Below, in pieces: positions 1-9,852 of a stretch of DNA of 64,000 nucleotides. This DNA is from Candidatus Auribacterota bacterium (GTDB lineage Bacteria > Auribacterota > Ancaeobacteria > Ancaeobacterales > Ancaeobacteraceae), in the NCBI GenBank assembly GCA_022711655.1, contig JAKLEM010000005.1, positions 4,956-68,955 of the forward strand, written 5' to 3'. The notes under the pieces were generated by a model that was not told where the DNA came from, did no database searches, and saw only the letters and a list, made by a program, of their open reading frames with translations. The translations under genes and the position numbers were made by a program. The first letter of the stretch is position 1, and each line of letters begins with the position of its first letter.

Positions 1-473
1 CCGTAGCCCCTCCACCCTATCTCCTCGATCACCGGCGCGAGCAATAACAGCGCCTGGGCAGGGACGATCCCCGCCGCGAAGGGAGACGCCGCCATCGTCA
101 GCTGGCTCAGGGGCTGGCCGAAGAACAGATGGGACAACACCACCGAGAGGACCATCGCCGCGGGCACGACGAGAAAGATGGCCGGGATGGTCCAGGGCCT
201 GATCAGCTTGAGGTTGAAGAGCTTGTCGTAGAAATCCCGTTTCAGCTCCGGGCTCCGTGAGGTATAGATCATCCACAGGGCGGCGGCGAACGGGGTGAAC
301 AGCCCTGTGATGACAAGGGCGGAAATGAGCCTGCCGGATCCCCCGCCCGGCAGGTAGCTGACGTAGGCGGCGGTGAGGACGGCCGCCCACATGACGGCGT
401 TGGCCGGCAGGTAGAACCGGAGCGGGTAATAACGGTGATCGGCGGGCGCCGAAGGCGGGGATGTCTGTTTCAT
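1..473 (-). CDS. CPBP/CAAX (Abi) intramembrane metalloprotease, truncated by the window edge
   Basis: Not in the ORF track because it has no stop in the window. ATG at 473 overlaps the stop of the upstream kinase (ATGA). My translation is hydrophobic (MKQTSPPSAPADHRYYPLRFYLP...) and ends in APVIEEIGWRGY, the EExxxR motif of CPBP proteases. Confidence 0.8.
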   Translation of the reverse strand, partial: MKQTSPPSAPADHRYYPLRFYLPANAVMWAAVLTAAYVSYLPGGGSGRLISALVITGLFTPFAAALWMIYTSRSPELKRDFYDKLFNLKLIRPWTIPAIFLVVPAAMVLSVVLSHLFFGQPLSQLTMAASPFAAGIVPAQALLLLAPVIEEIGWRGY

Positions 474-1588
474 TTATTGAATGGGATGGTGAAGGCGAAG
501 GTGGTGCCGTGGTTCGGCTTGCTGCGGACCGATACGGTGCCGCCGTGGAGCTCGACGCAGAGCTTGACGATCGCCAGGCCGAGGCCGGTGCCGGTGTACG
601 GCCTGGTGATCGAGTGGTGGACCTGATAGAACCTGTCGAATATCCGTTCGTGCTCGCTCTCGGGTATGCCGATGCCGGTGTCGGACACCTCGATGACCGC
701 GGCGTTGTCGCGCTTGAAGGCGTGGACGACGACCGAGCCTTTCGGCCGGTTGAACTTTATCGCGTTGTTGAGCAGATGGTAGAGGACATCCTCGATGCGG
801 TCGACGTCGACGTCTGCGCGGATATATTTTTCCCGGCACTGCATCTCGATATCGACCTGCTTTTTCGCGGCGTCGTCGCGGACGAAATCGATCATCTTGT
901 GTATCAGCTGGAGCAGGTCCACCCTGCTCGACGTGATGATGGATTCCTTCCTGGTCAGCAGGGCGACGGTGTTGTCCACCAGGCGCTGCAGGCGCTTGAA
1001 CTGGTCCTGTACCGAGCGGACGGCTTTCCGCTGCGCCGCGTTCAGCTTCCCCATCGTCCCCTCGTCGAGCAGGTGGAGGTAGCCGCCGATGCTGGTGATG
1101 GGCGTCAGCAGCTCGTGTGCCACGTTGGAGATGATATCTTTCTTCAGGCTCGCGATGTCCTCCAGGCGCCTGACGATCTCGAGCATCTTCTGCCGCTCGT
1201 CCCTGACGATGTCGATCTCCGCCTCGAGCTTTTTGCGCTCGAAATACTTCTCGACGAGGATGCCGACCTGCTCGATCTCGAACGGCTTCAGCAGGTAGTC
1301 GTACGCCCCCAGCTTCAGCGCGTCGACGGCCAGATTGAGCGAGCCGATCGCCGACACGATCATGACGCCGACGGAAGGACAATGCTCCCTGACGTGCTTG
1401 AGCAGCGACAGGCCGTCGACCATTGGCAGCTTGAGGTCGACGATCAAAAGGCCGCAGCCGCCGGCCGCGAGCGCTTTCTTCGCGTCGACGCCGTCGACGA
1501 CCGCCGTCACCTCGTACCCTTTCCGGTGCAGGATGGCCCGTAAATTGGTCCGGAAGACCTCCTCGTGATCGGCTATGAGTATTTTCAC
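470..1588 (-). CDS. Hybrid kinase with N-terminal receiver: REC-HisKA-HATPase_c
   Basis: Receiver motifs KILIADHEE, LLIVDLKLP (phospho-Asp) and KPF. H-box VAHELLTPITSI, N-box LLNNAIKFN, G boxes DTGIGI and GTGLGL. GTG start with an AAGGA SD. Confidence 0.92.
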   Translation of the reverse strand: MKILIADHEEVFRTNLRAILHRKGYEVTAVVDGVDAKKALAAGGCGLLIVDLKLPMVDGLSLLKHVREHCPSVGVMIVSAIGSLNLAVDALKLGAYDYLLKPFEIEQVGILVEKYFERKKLEAEIDIVRDERQKMLEIVRRLEDIASLKKDIISNVAHELLTPITSIGGYLHLLDEGTMGKLNAAQRKAVRSVQDQFKRLQRLVDNTVALLTRKESIITSSRVDLLQLIHKMIDFVRDDAAKKQVDIEMQCREKYIRADVDVDRIEDVLYHLLNNAIKFNRPKGSVVVHAFKRDNAAVIEVSDTGIGIPESEHERIFDRFYQVHHSITRPYTGTGLGLAIVKLCVELHGGTVSVRSKPNHGTTFAFTIPFNK

Positions 1589-1606
1589 TGCATAATTCCT
1601 TACGTT

Positions 1607-3892
1607 TTATTTGGGCGCGGCGGCTTCCAGCGTCTTGCCCAGGTAAGAGACATACGTAAGCAGCATCTTGATGTACCGCTCGCGGGCGATACCCGTATGC
1701 TTGTCGCTGAAAACATAGTACACCCCGACCGGCAGTTTCTCGCCGGAGAAACGCACGGGGATCGATATGCCGGCAGAAACATGTTTCCTGAACTGCTGCC
1801 AGCTCTGCGAGCCCGACAGGAACGGGTCGTCGAGATCCATCGTCTCGTAGCCGGAGGCCCACCCCTGTTCCTGCCGGTGCGTGAAGCGCGCCATCAGCTC
1901 GATGACGTCATGCTCGACGATAACGCCGCTGTCGCCGTAAAAGCCGTACGCTTCGCCCGGCGCGGGGACCCCGGTCCGGGCGCCGACGGGAATGAAAATG
2001 ATCTTCTCCGCCTTGCATGAGGCGGTCATGATCTTCGCCATCGCGGCGATGCACTCCCTGAGGTCGCGCTTCGCGCAGACTATCAACGCGGCTTCATGCA
2101 GCCAGTACATCTCCCAGTGCCGCTCGAACATATCCTTGAACAGCTTCTCGTTCTCCATCGCCTGCGCGATCTCGTCGCACACGATCCGCATGACCTTGTG
2201 CTCGTCCCCGGTCATCGACAGGCGGCTGACGCCCGCGACGATCAAGGCGCCGAGGATCCCCGACTTCGATATGACCGGATAGACGTATCCGGCGTGAAAC
2301 GCGGCCGCCCCGTAGATGATGCCGAGGAACCCGCTCAACGCGTCGGCATACTCGAGATCGACGGCGTACAGCGCCTGCTTCCTGTCTATGATCGTGGTGA
2401 CGACCTCCTCCGGCAGCGCCTTTATCTCGCATTCGGCCATGGGCTGCATCAGCCCGCCGTGCCCGCGCAGTAGCAGGCGGCCGCCGGCGATATCGACCGC
2501 GTACAGCGAGCAGACGGCGGAATCCATGGTCATGCCGTGGCGCTCGACGGCCATGCCGAGGATGCGTTCGACCGCGGCGGGATAATTCTTCTCGCCGACG
2601 ATCACCCTGCCGATGTCGCACAGCGCGTTCATCTCGACGGCGCGATGCGACAGCTCACGCTCGCGCTGGACGATGATGTCAAGCAGTTCGTTGTAGAGGA
2701 CGGTAAGCTGGCTGAACTCCTCATCGGCGGGGATCCGCTCGACGCGGCGATACTTGCCCTTCCCGACCGACTCTGAAAGCTCTTTGAAGAGCTGCAGCGG
2801 CCGGAGCAGGTACCTCGCCGTCGCGAACGACATGGCGACCAGGAGCGAGGCAAGCACGAGGAACACGATACCGACCGCGAGGCCGGTCATGCCGAGCAGG
2901 AGCGAAACCGACTGCAGGGTGCGGCCGTACAGGACGTACCACATGACCTCTTCGTTTTTCCCCCTGCCCAGATAGACCGGAGAGAAACCGATGACCGCCG
3001 GGCTTCCCATCAGGGAAATGTTGAGCATAAATCCGTCGCGCCGGTGTGCCATAAGGTAATTCACGAGGTCCTGGTCGATCTTCTTGTTGAGATGGCCGGG
3101 CAGCATGCTCGAGTCGAGCACGATCACGCCGTCACCGTCGATCATCAGGACGCGCCCGTACTGGATCCTGAGGTCCGACTCGACCAGGGTATTGAGATAG
3201 CCCTGGTCCACCATGCATTTGACGATCCCGATGACCGACCCCATCTCGTCGTAGATGGGCAGGGCGACGGCGACGCCGTACGAACGGGAGCTCTCGTCGT
3301 ATTCGAGGCCCGAGATATAGAGCTTGCCCTTCCCCTGGTCGTATGACTTCTGCCACCATTCCTCGTCCGCCTGAAAATAGTCTGTCGTCACGCCGCTCGC
3401 CGCGACGAGCATCCCGTAGGCGTCGGTCACGAATATCTCGCGCCATACTCCCTGTTTGTCGCCGGTATACGCCTGGAGAAAGCGCGAAGCGACCGAACCT
3501 AACAGCTGTTTCGCCGCGGCGCCGCTGCCGCCGGCCTCAAGCCACTCGGCGTTGATCCTGTCGGCGTCGCGCATGATATCGATCTTCGACCGCCCGAGAA
3601 GGCTGCGATTGCTCTGCATGACAGCCTCTTTGATCGACGGCATGCGCACGACCGCGCCGACCTCATTCGCCTCGAGGATGATGTAGCGCCGCACGCTGTC
3701 GGCGAGGACGCGGGCGATCTCGCGATAATCCGACCCGATAAACCTGATATGCCGCCAATAATAGAACGCGTACAGCAGCGTGAAGCCCACCAGCAGAAGC
3801 GCCGCGAGCTGGACCAGCATGACGAGGCAGAACCTTTTGAACAATGTTTTGCGATGGAACCAGCGTTTGACGCCGAGCAGTACGTTTTTCAT
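1607..3892 (-). CDS. Membrane sensor TM-Cache-like-TM-HAMP-GAF-GAF with no transmitter or output domain
   Basis: Two TM segments flank a periplasmic domain (EIFVTDAYG...DYFQADEEWWQ). A HAMP region (RPLQLFKELSESVGKG...DEEFSQL) is followed by two GAF-like regions. Start revised to MKNVLLG at 3892, which overlaps the asnB stop (ATGA). Confidence 0.8.
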   Translation of the reverse strand: MKNVLLGVKRWFHRKTLFKRFCLVMLVQLAALLLVGFTLLYAFYYWRHIRFIGSDYREIARVLADSVRRYIILEANEVGAVVRMPSIKEAVMQSNRSLLGRSKIDIMRDADRINAEWLEAGGSGAAAKQLLGSVASRFLQAYTGDKQGVWREIFVTDAYGMLVAASGVTTDYFQADEEWWQKSYDQGKGKLYISGLEYDESSRSYGVAVALPIYDEMGSVIGIVKCMVDQGYLNTLVESDLRIQYGRVLMIDGDGVIVLDSSMLPGHLNKKIDQDLVNYLMAHRRDGFMLNISLMGSPAVIGFSPVYLGRGKNEEVMWYVLYGRTLQSVSLLLGMTGLAVGIVFLVLASLLVAMSFATARYLLRPLQLFKELSESVGKGKYRRVERIPADEEFSQLTVLYNELLDIIVQRERELSHRAVEMNALCDIGRVIVGEKNYPAAVERILGMAVERHGMTMDSAVCSLYAVDIAGGRLLLRGHGGLMQPMAECEIKALPEEVVTTIIDRKQALYAVDLEYADALSGFLGIIYGAAAFHAGYVYPVISKSGILGALIVAGVSRLSMTGDEHKVMRIVCDEIAQAMENEKLFKDMFERHWEMYWLHEAALIVCAKRDLRECIAAMAKIMTASCKAEKIIFIPVGARTGVPAPGEAYGFYGDSGVIVEHDVIELMARFTHRQEQGWASGYETMDLDDPFLSGSQSWQQFRKHVSAGISIPVRFSGEKLPVGVYYVFSDKHTGIARERYIKMLLTYVSYLGKTLEAAAPK

Positions 3893-5781
3893 GGCACACA
3901 GCTCCTCATCCACAACTCGAGCATGACAAGCGCGAATATCTGATGTCCGAGGTCGTCGCGGCGCATCCGGTGATCGTCGAGAATGGCGCATACCGCGGGA
4001 CGGTTCACATACGCACATATGCGGGCCCCGGGGTCTCGCAGGAGATCGTCGGTGTAACGGCACAGCCCTGTCCGGAACCACTCGTGGACCGGCATCGCGA
4101 ACCCCTGCTTGCGCTGGCGCATGACCAGCTCCGGCAGGGAACCGGCAAACGCTTTTTTAACAATATGCTTGGTCACGCCGTTCTTTATCTTCATGCCGAA
4201 CGGGACCTGGGCGGCGAACTCGACGATGCGATGGTCGAGATAAGGAACGCGCACCTCGAGCGAGTGCGCCATGCTCATCCGGTCGACTTTTTTCAGGTTG
4301 TCGTCGGGCAGATAGGCGGCGGTGTCCACATACAGCATCGCCGACGAATGGTCGACCGCGCCCCGCACTTCGTCGAAATAGCCGCGGATACGGTCGAAAG
4401 AGCAGTAGTCCCCCAGCGCCGCGCGCATGTCGCCGCTATAGAGCGTCCTCCTGGTATCCGCATCGCAGCACGACACCCGCCTGATAAAGCCGTCGCGGTA
4501 ATCGTCGGCGCCGGCATCGGCCGCGCGTATCACTTTTCGCATCAGCGTGCTGCGCCACGGAACAAGCTTGAGCGACCCCGCGACCGCGCGCCTGAACATT
4601 GACGGCAGGAGCCGATAGCGCTCGAGGCGGTGGTTTGTCCGGGTCCAGGAATATCCGGCGAACGATTCGTCGCCGCCGTCGCCGGAGAGCGCCACCGTAA
4701 CCAGCCGCCTGGCGGCCTCCGATACGAGGTACGTCGGCACGAGCGACGAGTCTGCGAACGGCTCGTCGAAATACCCGGCAAGCTTCGGGAGCAGCTCGAC
4801 CATGCGCGGCCGAACGTCGAATTCGTGATGGTCGGTGCGATAACGTTCCGCGACCGCCCTCGCGTAGCGCAGCTCGCTGTAGGGCGAGCCGCCGAAGCCG
4901 ATAGAGAACGTCTTGACCGGCATGGCGACCGCCCGCTGCATCGAGGCGACGACCGTGCTGGAATCGATCCCGCCGCTCAGAAACGCCCCGATCGGCACGT
5001 CGCTGACGAGCTGTTCGCGCACGGCGTCCGACAGAAGCCCGGCGAAACAGGAGGCCAGCTCGTCGTCGTTTGCCCGCGCGTAGGGCGACTCGCGCTGCAT
5101 CTCGTAGTATCGCGACAGCCGCCAGTAGGGCCGCTCCGTCACGCCGCCGTCTTTATAGACAAGCATCCTGCCCGGCTGGAGCGATCGGATATGCCGGTAG
5201 ACGGTATTGGGCCCGGGGATATAGAGGAAGCTGAAATAGTCGTCGATCGACCTCGGGTCTATGTCGCGAGCGACGGCGCCGGACGCCAGTACCGCCTTGA
5301 TCTCGGACCCGAACACGAAGGCGTCGGCGCAGTCGGCATAGTACAGCGGCTTGATCCCCAGGCGGTCCCTCACCAGCACCATCTGATCGTTGCGGCAGTC
5401 GAGCACCGCGATCGCGAACATCCCGCGCAGATGTTCGGGAAAACAGAGCCCGTATTCCTCATAGAGGTGGACGATAACCTCGGTGTCCGTGTTGGTGCGG
5501 AACCGGTGTCCGGAGCGCAGGAGCTCTTCCCGAAGGCCGGCGAAATTATAGATCTCGCCGTTGAACACCACCGCGACGCTTTCGTCCTCGTTGAAGATCG
5601 GCTGATGTCCCGTGACCAGGTCGATCACGGAAAGCCGCTGCATCCCGATCCCGAAACGGGTGCGCGCGTACGCGCCGCTGTCGTCCGGGCCGCGGTGGCG
5701 GATAGTCGCCATCATACGCCTGAGCGTCTCGGCGGGAACCGCGCCGCCGCGTTTGTCTATAAGACCGCAGATACCGCACAT
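3889..5781 (-). CDS. asnB: Asparagine synthase (glutamine-hydrolysing) family amidotransferase, probably polysaccharide-associated
   Basis: N-terminal MCGICG with Ntn Cys2 (start revised to 5781), plus HRGPD, FNGEIYN, FLSGGIDSS, LSGDGGDE and KVDRMSMAHSLEVRVPYLD. Confidence 0.92.
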   Translation of the reverse strand: MCGICGLIDKRGGAVPAETLRRMMATIRHRGPDDSGAYARTRFGIGMQRLSVIDLVTGHQPIFNEDESVAVVFNGEIYNFAGLREELLRSGHRFRTNTDTEVIVHLYEEYGLCFPEHLRGMFAIAVLDCRNDQMVLVRDRLGIKPLYYADCADAFVFGSEIKAVLASGAVARDIDPRSIDDYFSFLYIPGPNTVYRHIRSLQPGRMLVYKDGGVTERPYWRLSRYYEMQRESPYARANDDELASCFAGLLSDAVREQLVSDVPIGAFLSGGIDSSTVVASMQRAVAMPVKTFSIGFGGSPYSELRYARAVAERYRTDHHEFDVRPRMVELLPKLAGYFDEPFADSSLVPTYLVSEAARRLVTVALSGDGGDESFAGYSWTRTNHRLERYRLLPSMFRRAVAGSLKLVPWRSTLMRKVIRAADAGADDYRDGFIRRVSCCDADTRRTLYSGDMRAALGDYCSFDRIRGYFDEVRGAVDHSSAMLYVDTAAYLPDDNLKKVDRMSMAHSLEVRVPYLDHRIVEFAAQVPFGMKIKNGVTKHIVKKAFAGSLPELVMRQRKQGFAMPVHEWFRTGLCRYTDDLLRDPGARICAYVNRPAVCAILDDHRMRRDDLGHQIFALVMLELWMRSCVP

Positions 5782-5855
5782 AATGCACCCCACCGGTGTC
5801 CAGCATCGCCGTACGCAGAAAAAGCCCAGCCATGGCAAGCGCGGCTGACAAGCTG

Positions 5856-8264
5856 TTACTGTCCCTTGCCTATCTCCTCGAGTATCCTGCGCGCCTCATC
5901 CGCGCCGTCGAAACGGCTCGATCTCGACAGCGCATCGCTCAACAGCTCGCGCGCCCTGTCGCGCTCGCCTTTCTTGAAGTACGCCAGCCCCAAATGATAG
6001 ATATAGACCGGGTTCTGCGCTTCGCTGTCGACCGCCTTCCGGAAACGCGCGATCGCCTCGTCGTAGTCCCCTTTTTGCATGAAGACCCATCCCGCGGTGT
6101 CGACGATGCGCGGCAGGCCGTTGCTCTCGTTCTCGGCCCTGACGGCGAGCTCGACCGCCCGGTCGAGCCGGGTGCCGGATTGCGCATACAGCCAGGCGAG
6201 GTTGTTGGCGGCGATGTGGTCGAACTGCAGAGACAGGGCGCTCTCGTAGCGCGCGATCGCCTGGTCGACCTTGCCCAAAGAATGGTAGATCTGCGCGGAG
6301 GTCATGAGGGCCTCGACGTTCTTGGGCTGAATGCGGAGGATCTCCTCGGCCTGCTCGAGCGCGTTGACCTCCATCCCCTTCTCGGCGTACGCCTTCATGA
6401 GATAGAGGCGCGCGGGCACGGACCGCGAGTTGAGGTCGAGCGCTTTCTCGTAAAAAGCCTGCGCGCTGTCTTTCTTTCCGACCGTCGCCAGCACCTTTCC
6501 GGCGACTTCGTAGATGCGCGGGTTCGTCGTGTGGACACGCAGCATCTTGTTGCAGAGCCTGATCGCCTTGTCGTAATTGCGCGTCTTCATGTATATCCCG
6601 ACCAGGGCGTAAAAAGCGTTCACATAATTGCTGTCATGCCCCAGCGCCTCGATATAATACGTCACGGCCTTCTCGAGGTTCTTATTCTTGTGCTCGATCA
6701 CCCCGCGGTAGAAATAGGCGTCAGGCTTCTCCGGAAAATCGAGGATGATACGATCAAGCTGCTCGATAGCGGGGCCGAAATCGCGCTGGGCCGTCACCAC
6801 GCGCGCCGCGTTCAGGCGCGCCTTGTAATTGTTCGGCTGGAGGGCGAGCGCGCGCTCGGCCTCGTGCTGCGCTTTTTTCAGTTCGCCCATCTTGAGATAG
6901 GTACCGACAAGCTCGATATGCGGGTCGAGAACGCGGGAATTGATCCGTATCGCCTCTTTGAACTCTGCAGCCGCCTTCTCATACGAACCCGAGCCTGCGA
7001 GCATCCTTCCGAAGATCAGACGGGTAAGCAGATGGTTCGGGCGCAGCTTGATCGACTGTCCGATATCCTTCATTGCCGCATCGAGCCGGCGCCGCCTGAA
7101 ATTGAATATCGCCCGCATCATAAGCGCGTCGGGATCATCCGGCGCCTGCTTGACAAACGATTCGATATACGGCTCGGCCTCGGTGAGCTTGCCCCGGAAC
7201 ACGAGCATGTTACAGATATTCTTCAGCGCCTTGAGGTAGGCGGGGTCCGCATCGTACGCCTTCTTATGCATCGCCATCGCGTTGTCGAAATCGTTTTTGT
7301 ACGCATAGCAGTCGCCCAGGATCGAATATATGATCGGATTGTTCGGCATGCAGGCGGAGGCCTGGGTGAACAACTCTATCGCCTTGTCATACTCCTTGTC
7401 ATACAGATAGGTGTTCCCGAGCTTGAAATAGACCTCGCCGGACATCTTGTCTTTCTCAAGCGCCCGTTCGTAATGCGCCCGGGCCTTCTTGACATCCTGC
7501 AGGGTGATGCTGATATCGCCCATGAGCACGTTGGCTTCGTATCCCGCCGGGTCATCTTCGTAGACCTTCTGCGCGCTTTTCAGCGCGCCCCTGGCGTCGC
7601 CGGAATAGAGCATCGTCTTTGCCATTGCCAGGTCTCCCGCGACCGCGCCTGCGGCTGGTGCGGCCGCCGCCGGGGCCGGCGTATCGGATGGCTGGTCGGA
7701 GGCCTGCTGTTGAGCGCTCAAGAGCTGCTTTATGGCATTGAATTTCAGCTTGACCGCGGCATCCGACGGATTGAGCAGTACGCACCGGTAGAGCTCCTGC
7801 GCCGCCTCGTGCAGGCGCCCCAGATGGATGTACGTCAGCGCCAGCTGGTAATGGGCTTTGAGGTAACGCGGGGCCAACTGCACGGCGTTCTTGCACTCGA
7901 TGAGGGCCTCATGGTATTTCTCGTCGTCGAAATACGCCTTCGCTCTCTCGTAAAAACGGCCTGCGCGCTCTTCCCTCGTCGGCAATAACCTGTAGACGGC
8001 CGCCGCGGCGCCGGCGATGACCGATCCGCACACCAGCGCGGCGATGCCGTACCGAACGAGGGAGGGCAGCCGCACAAAGCGCGCGCTGACGCCGTTGTAG
8101 ATCAGAATGGCCCCTTTGGCCGCAAAGCCGTACGCCTTTTTCGGGTACCGGGCGACAAGGGACATCCGATGGAGGTGATAATTGACAAAGACCTTAAAAT
8201 GATACGACAACGTACGGGTCGTTCTCCTGGCGTTCTGCCGCATCTTTTCGTATAGTTCGTTCAC
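5856..8264 (-). CDS. Large TPR protein, PrsT-like and exosortase-system associated, with an N-terminal TM anchor
   Basis: One hydrophobic segment (YGIAALVCGSVIAGAAAAVY) is followed by more than 15 TPR-like repeats. C-terminus ANNLAWLYA...DTAGWVF...YHLGLAY is typical of PrsT-like proteins. Adjacent to epsI and the exosortase. Confidence 0.8.
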   Translation of the reverse strand: MNELYEKMRQNARRTTRTLSYHFKVFVNYHLHRMSLVARYPKKAYGFAAKGAILIYNGVSARFVRLPSLVRYGIAALVCGSVIAGAAAAVYRLLPTREERAGRFYERAKAYFDDEKYHEALIECKNAVQLAPRYLKAHYQLALTYIHLGRLHEAAQELYRCVLLNPSDAAVKLKFNAIKQLLSAQQQASDQPSDTPAPAAAAPAAGAVAGDLAMAKTMLYSGDARGALKSAQKVYEDDPAGYEANVLMGDISITLQDVKKARAHYERALEKDKMSGEVYFKLGNTYLYDKEYDKAIELFTQASACMPNNPIIYSILGDCYAYKNDFDNAMAMHKKAYDADPAYLKALKNICNMLVFRGKLTEAEPYIESFVKQAPDDPDALMMRAIFNFRRRRLDAAMKDIGQSIKLRPNHLLTRLIFGRMLAGSGSYEKAAAEFKEAIRINSRVLDPHIELVGTYLKMGELKKAQHEAERALALQPNNYKARLNAARVVTAQRDFGPAIEQLDRIILDFPEKPDAYFYRGVIEHKNKNLEKAVTYYIEALGHDSNYVNAFYALVGIYMKTRNYDKAIRLCNKMLRVHTTNPRIYEVAGKVLATVGKKDSAQAFYEKALDLNSRSVPARLYLMKAYAEKGMEVNALEQAEEILRIQPKNVEALMTSAQIYHSLGKVDQAIARYESALSLQFDHIAANNLAWLYAQSGTRLDRAVELAVRAENESNGLPRIVDTAGWVFMQKGDYDEAIARFRKAVDSEAQNPVYIYHLGLAYFKKGERDRARELLSDALSRSSRFDGADEARRILEEIGKGQ

Positions 8265-8281
8265 GTTGCTCCTCTCAATCG

Positions 8282-8932
8282 TTAGCCCGCTTTTCGGAGG
8301 ATCTCGGTCACATACGTATCGATCTGCCGGGCGAACTGCTCAAGCGCCGCGACTGTTTCTTCGACCGAATCCGACACCACCGGTGACGATATCCTGACGA
8401 CGGTCAGGTCCGACCGCCGGAACACCATCCTGTTGACGATATCGATGAGGCGCTGCCGTATGCCGGGCGTCATCCGGACATCCCGTCTCGTCACCAGGTA
8501 AAAAACCGTGGCCAGCCGCTGGTCGTTCTTCCTCATCAGCATGACACGCGCGCGAAAGGCGCCGCCGTCGTCCGGCGCGATGTCATACTGCTGCTCGATG
8601 CTCCACCCCGACCCGATGTAGCAGTATATCGGGAGGTGGTACTTGTAGTTCGGGGTCTTCTTCACGCTCGGGCAGCGCGTCAGGTACACCGTTACGGGAG
8701 CGCGCCCCGGGCGCTCGTATTCACGGTACAGTATGTCCGACGCGTAGATCCTCTTTGTCAGATCGGGAACCGTATCGTCTTTGATATCGCGCCCTTTCCA
8801 ATCCCCGATCGCGTACGGGATCGTCGAGAAATCGGTGTCGCCGGGGATCCTTTCCGGCACATACGTGATAAACGCCGAGACAAGCGCCGTGATGACCATG
8901 ATAGCGACCAGCGGATAGTACCGTGCTTGCAT
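8282..8932 (-). CDS. epsI: EpsI family exosortase-associated protein
   Basis: N-terminal TM followed by IPYAIGDWKG, REY...VTVY, HLPIYCYIGSGW and VVRISSP. Start revised to MQARYY at 8932. Lies directly downstream of the exosortase. Confidence 0.8.
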   Translation of the reverse strand: MQARYYPLVAIMVITALVSAFITYVPERIPGDTDFSTIPYAIGDWKGRDIKDDTVPDLTKRIYASDILYREYERPGRAPVTVYLTRCPSVKKTPNYKYHLPIYCYIGSGWSIEQQYDIAPDDGGAFRARVMLMRKNDQRLATVFYLVTRRDVRMTPGIRQRLIDIVNRMVFRRSDLTVVRISSPVVSDSVEETVAALEQFARQIDTYVTEILRKAG

Positions 8933-8937
8933 AGCGG

Positions 8938-9792
8938 TCACGCCTTCGTCCTGCTCAACAGATTCATGACAAACTGCACCCCGAACATCCCCGACACGCC
9001 GATGACGATGACAATCGCGGTACCCAGCATCGTATGCAGCATGCCTTGCGCGTATTCCATTCCATATGTGTGCGCGATGATACCGGTCAGCGCGATCCGG
9101 ATCACGTTTGAAAGGACGGCGATCGGTATGGCGGACAGGAAGAGGACGCCGCGGCCGAGCGGTTTTTTCTGAAAGAAATAGGCGAACGCCGCGGCGACGG
9201 CAAGCAGCGATATCAGCGATCGCATGCCGCTGCACGCGTCGACGACCTCCACGCTCGTCTGAGGAAAGAACAGGTTCACCCCTTCGCGGTAGACCGGGAT
9301 GCCCGTCAGCCGTATCAGGTGCGCGGCTATCCTCGAGGCGAATATCTTCATCGGTGAAGAAAACGCCTGATAGGCCGCCTCAGGGATCGGAACGGCGAAG
9401 AGCAGATAGCTGACGGGAAAGATCAGCTCCTTCAGCAGTCCCCATCCGTAGACGAACCATACGGCGCCGGCAAGTATGATGATGAACGATACCTGGCGAA
9501 AATAGATGATACTCGCGGCCGTCCCGACGAAATAGAGCAGGATGCCCGCCAGGAACAACAGGATGTCCTTTGCCGACGGCTGCGGAGGGTCCTGCTGGAG
9601 ATACTTCGTGAGCAAGTCTTTTTTCAGGAAGACGATATACAGCGAAATGAACGGGATCGCCATGCAATGCTGGTTGTTCTCGTTCTTGTAAACGTCTTTG
9701 AGCCAGTCGGGCAGGACCGGCAGCATCAACAGCACCAGCACTGCCAGAAAGATGAACGGCATGTAGCGGCTTATCTTCGGAGCGTTATCCAT
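8938..9792 (-). CDS. epsH: Exosortase (EpsH/Xrt family)
   Basis: Polytopic membrane protein with HCMAIPFISLYIV, YLLFAVPIP, catalytic VVDACSGMRSL, NVIRI and LHT. Start probably MDNAPK at 9792. Confidence 0.9.
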   Translation of the reverse strand: MDNAPKISRYMPFIFLAVLVLLMLPVLPDWLKDVYKNENNQHCMAIPFISLYIVFLKKDLLTKYLQQDPPQPSAKDILLFLAGILLYFVGTAASIIYFRQVSFIIILAGAVWFVYGWGLLKELIFPVSYLLFAVPIPEAAYQAFSSPMKIFASRIAAHLIRLTGIPVYREGVNLFFPQTSVEVVDACSGMRSLISLLAVAAAFAYFFQKKPLGRGVLFLSAIPIAVLSNVIRIALTGIIAHTYGMEYAQGMLHTMLGTAIVIVIGVSGMFGVQFVMNLLSRTKA

Positions 9793-9852
9793 ACTAATCT
9801 TCCTTTCTGACGTCACCAGAACATCTGTTTCGCGGCAGCTGGCGGACCCCGG

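Noticed and set aside
5796-7988. Long plus-strand ORFs (e.g. 5796-7988, 14453-16105, 18769-20763, 24188-26278, 28125-30059) and many alternate-frame minus ORFs
   Set aside because: They are antisense or off-frame shadows of well-supported genes, expected in high-GC DNA with biased third positions. They show no recognisable motifs.
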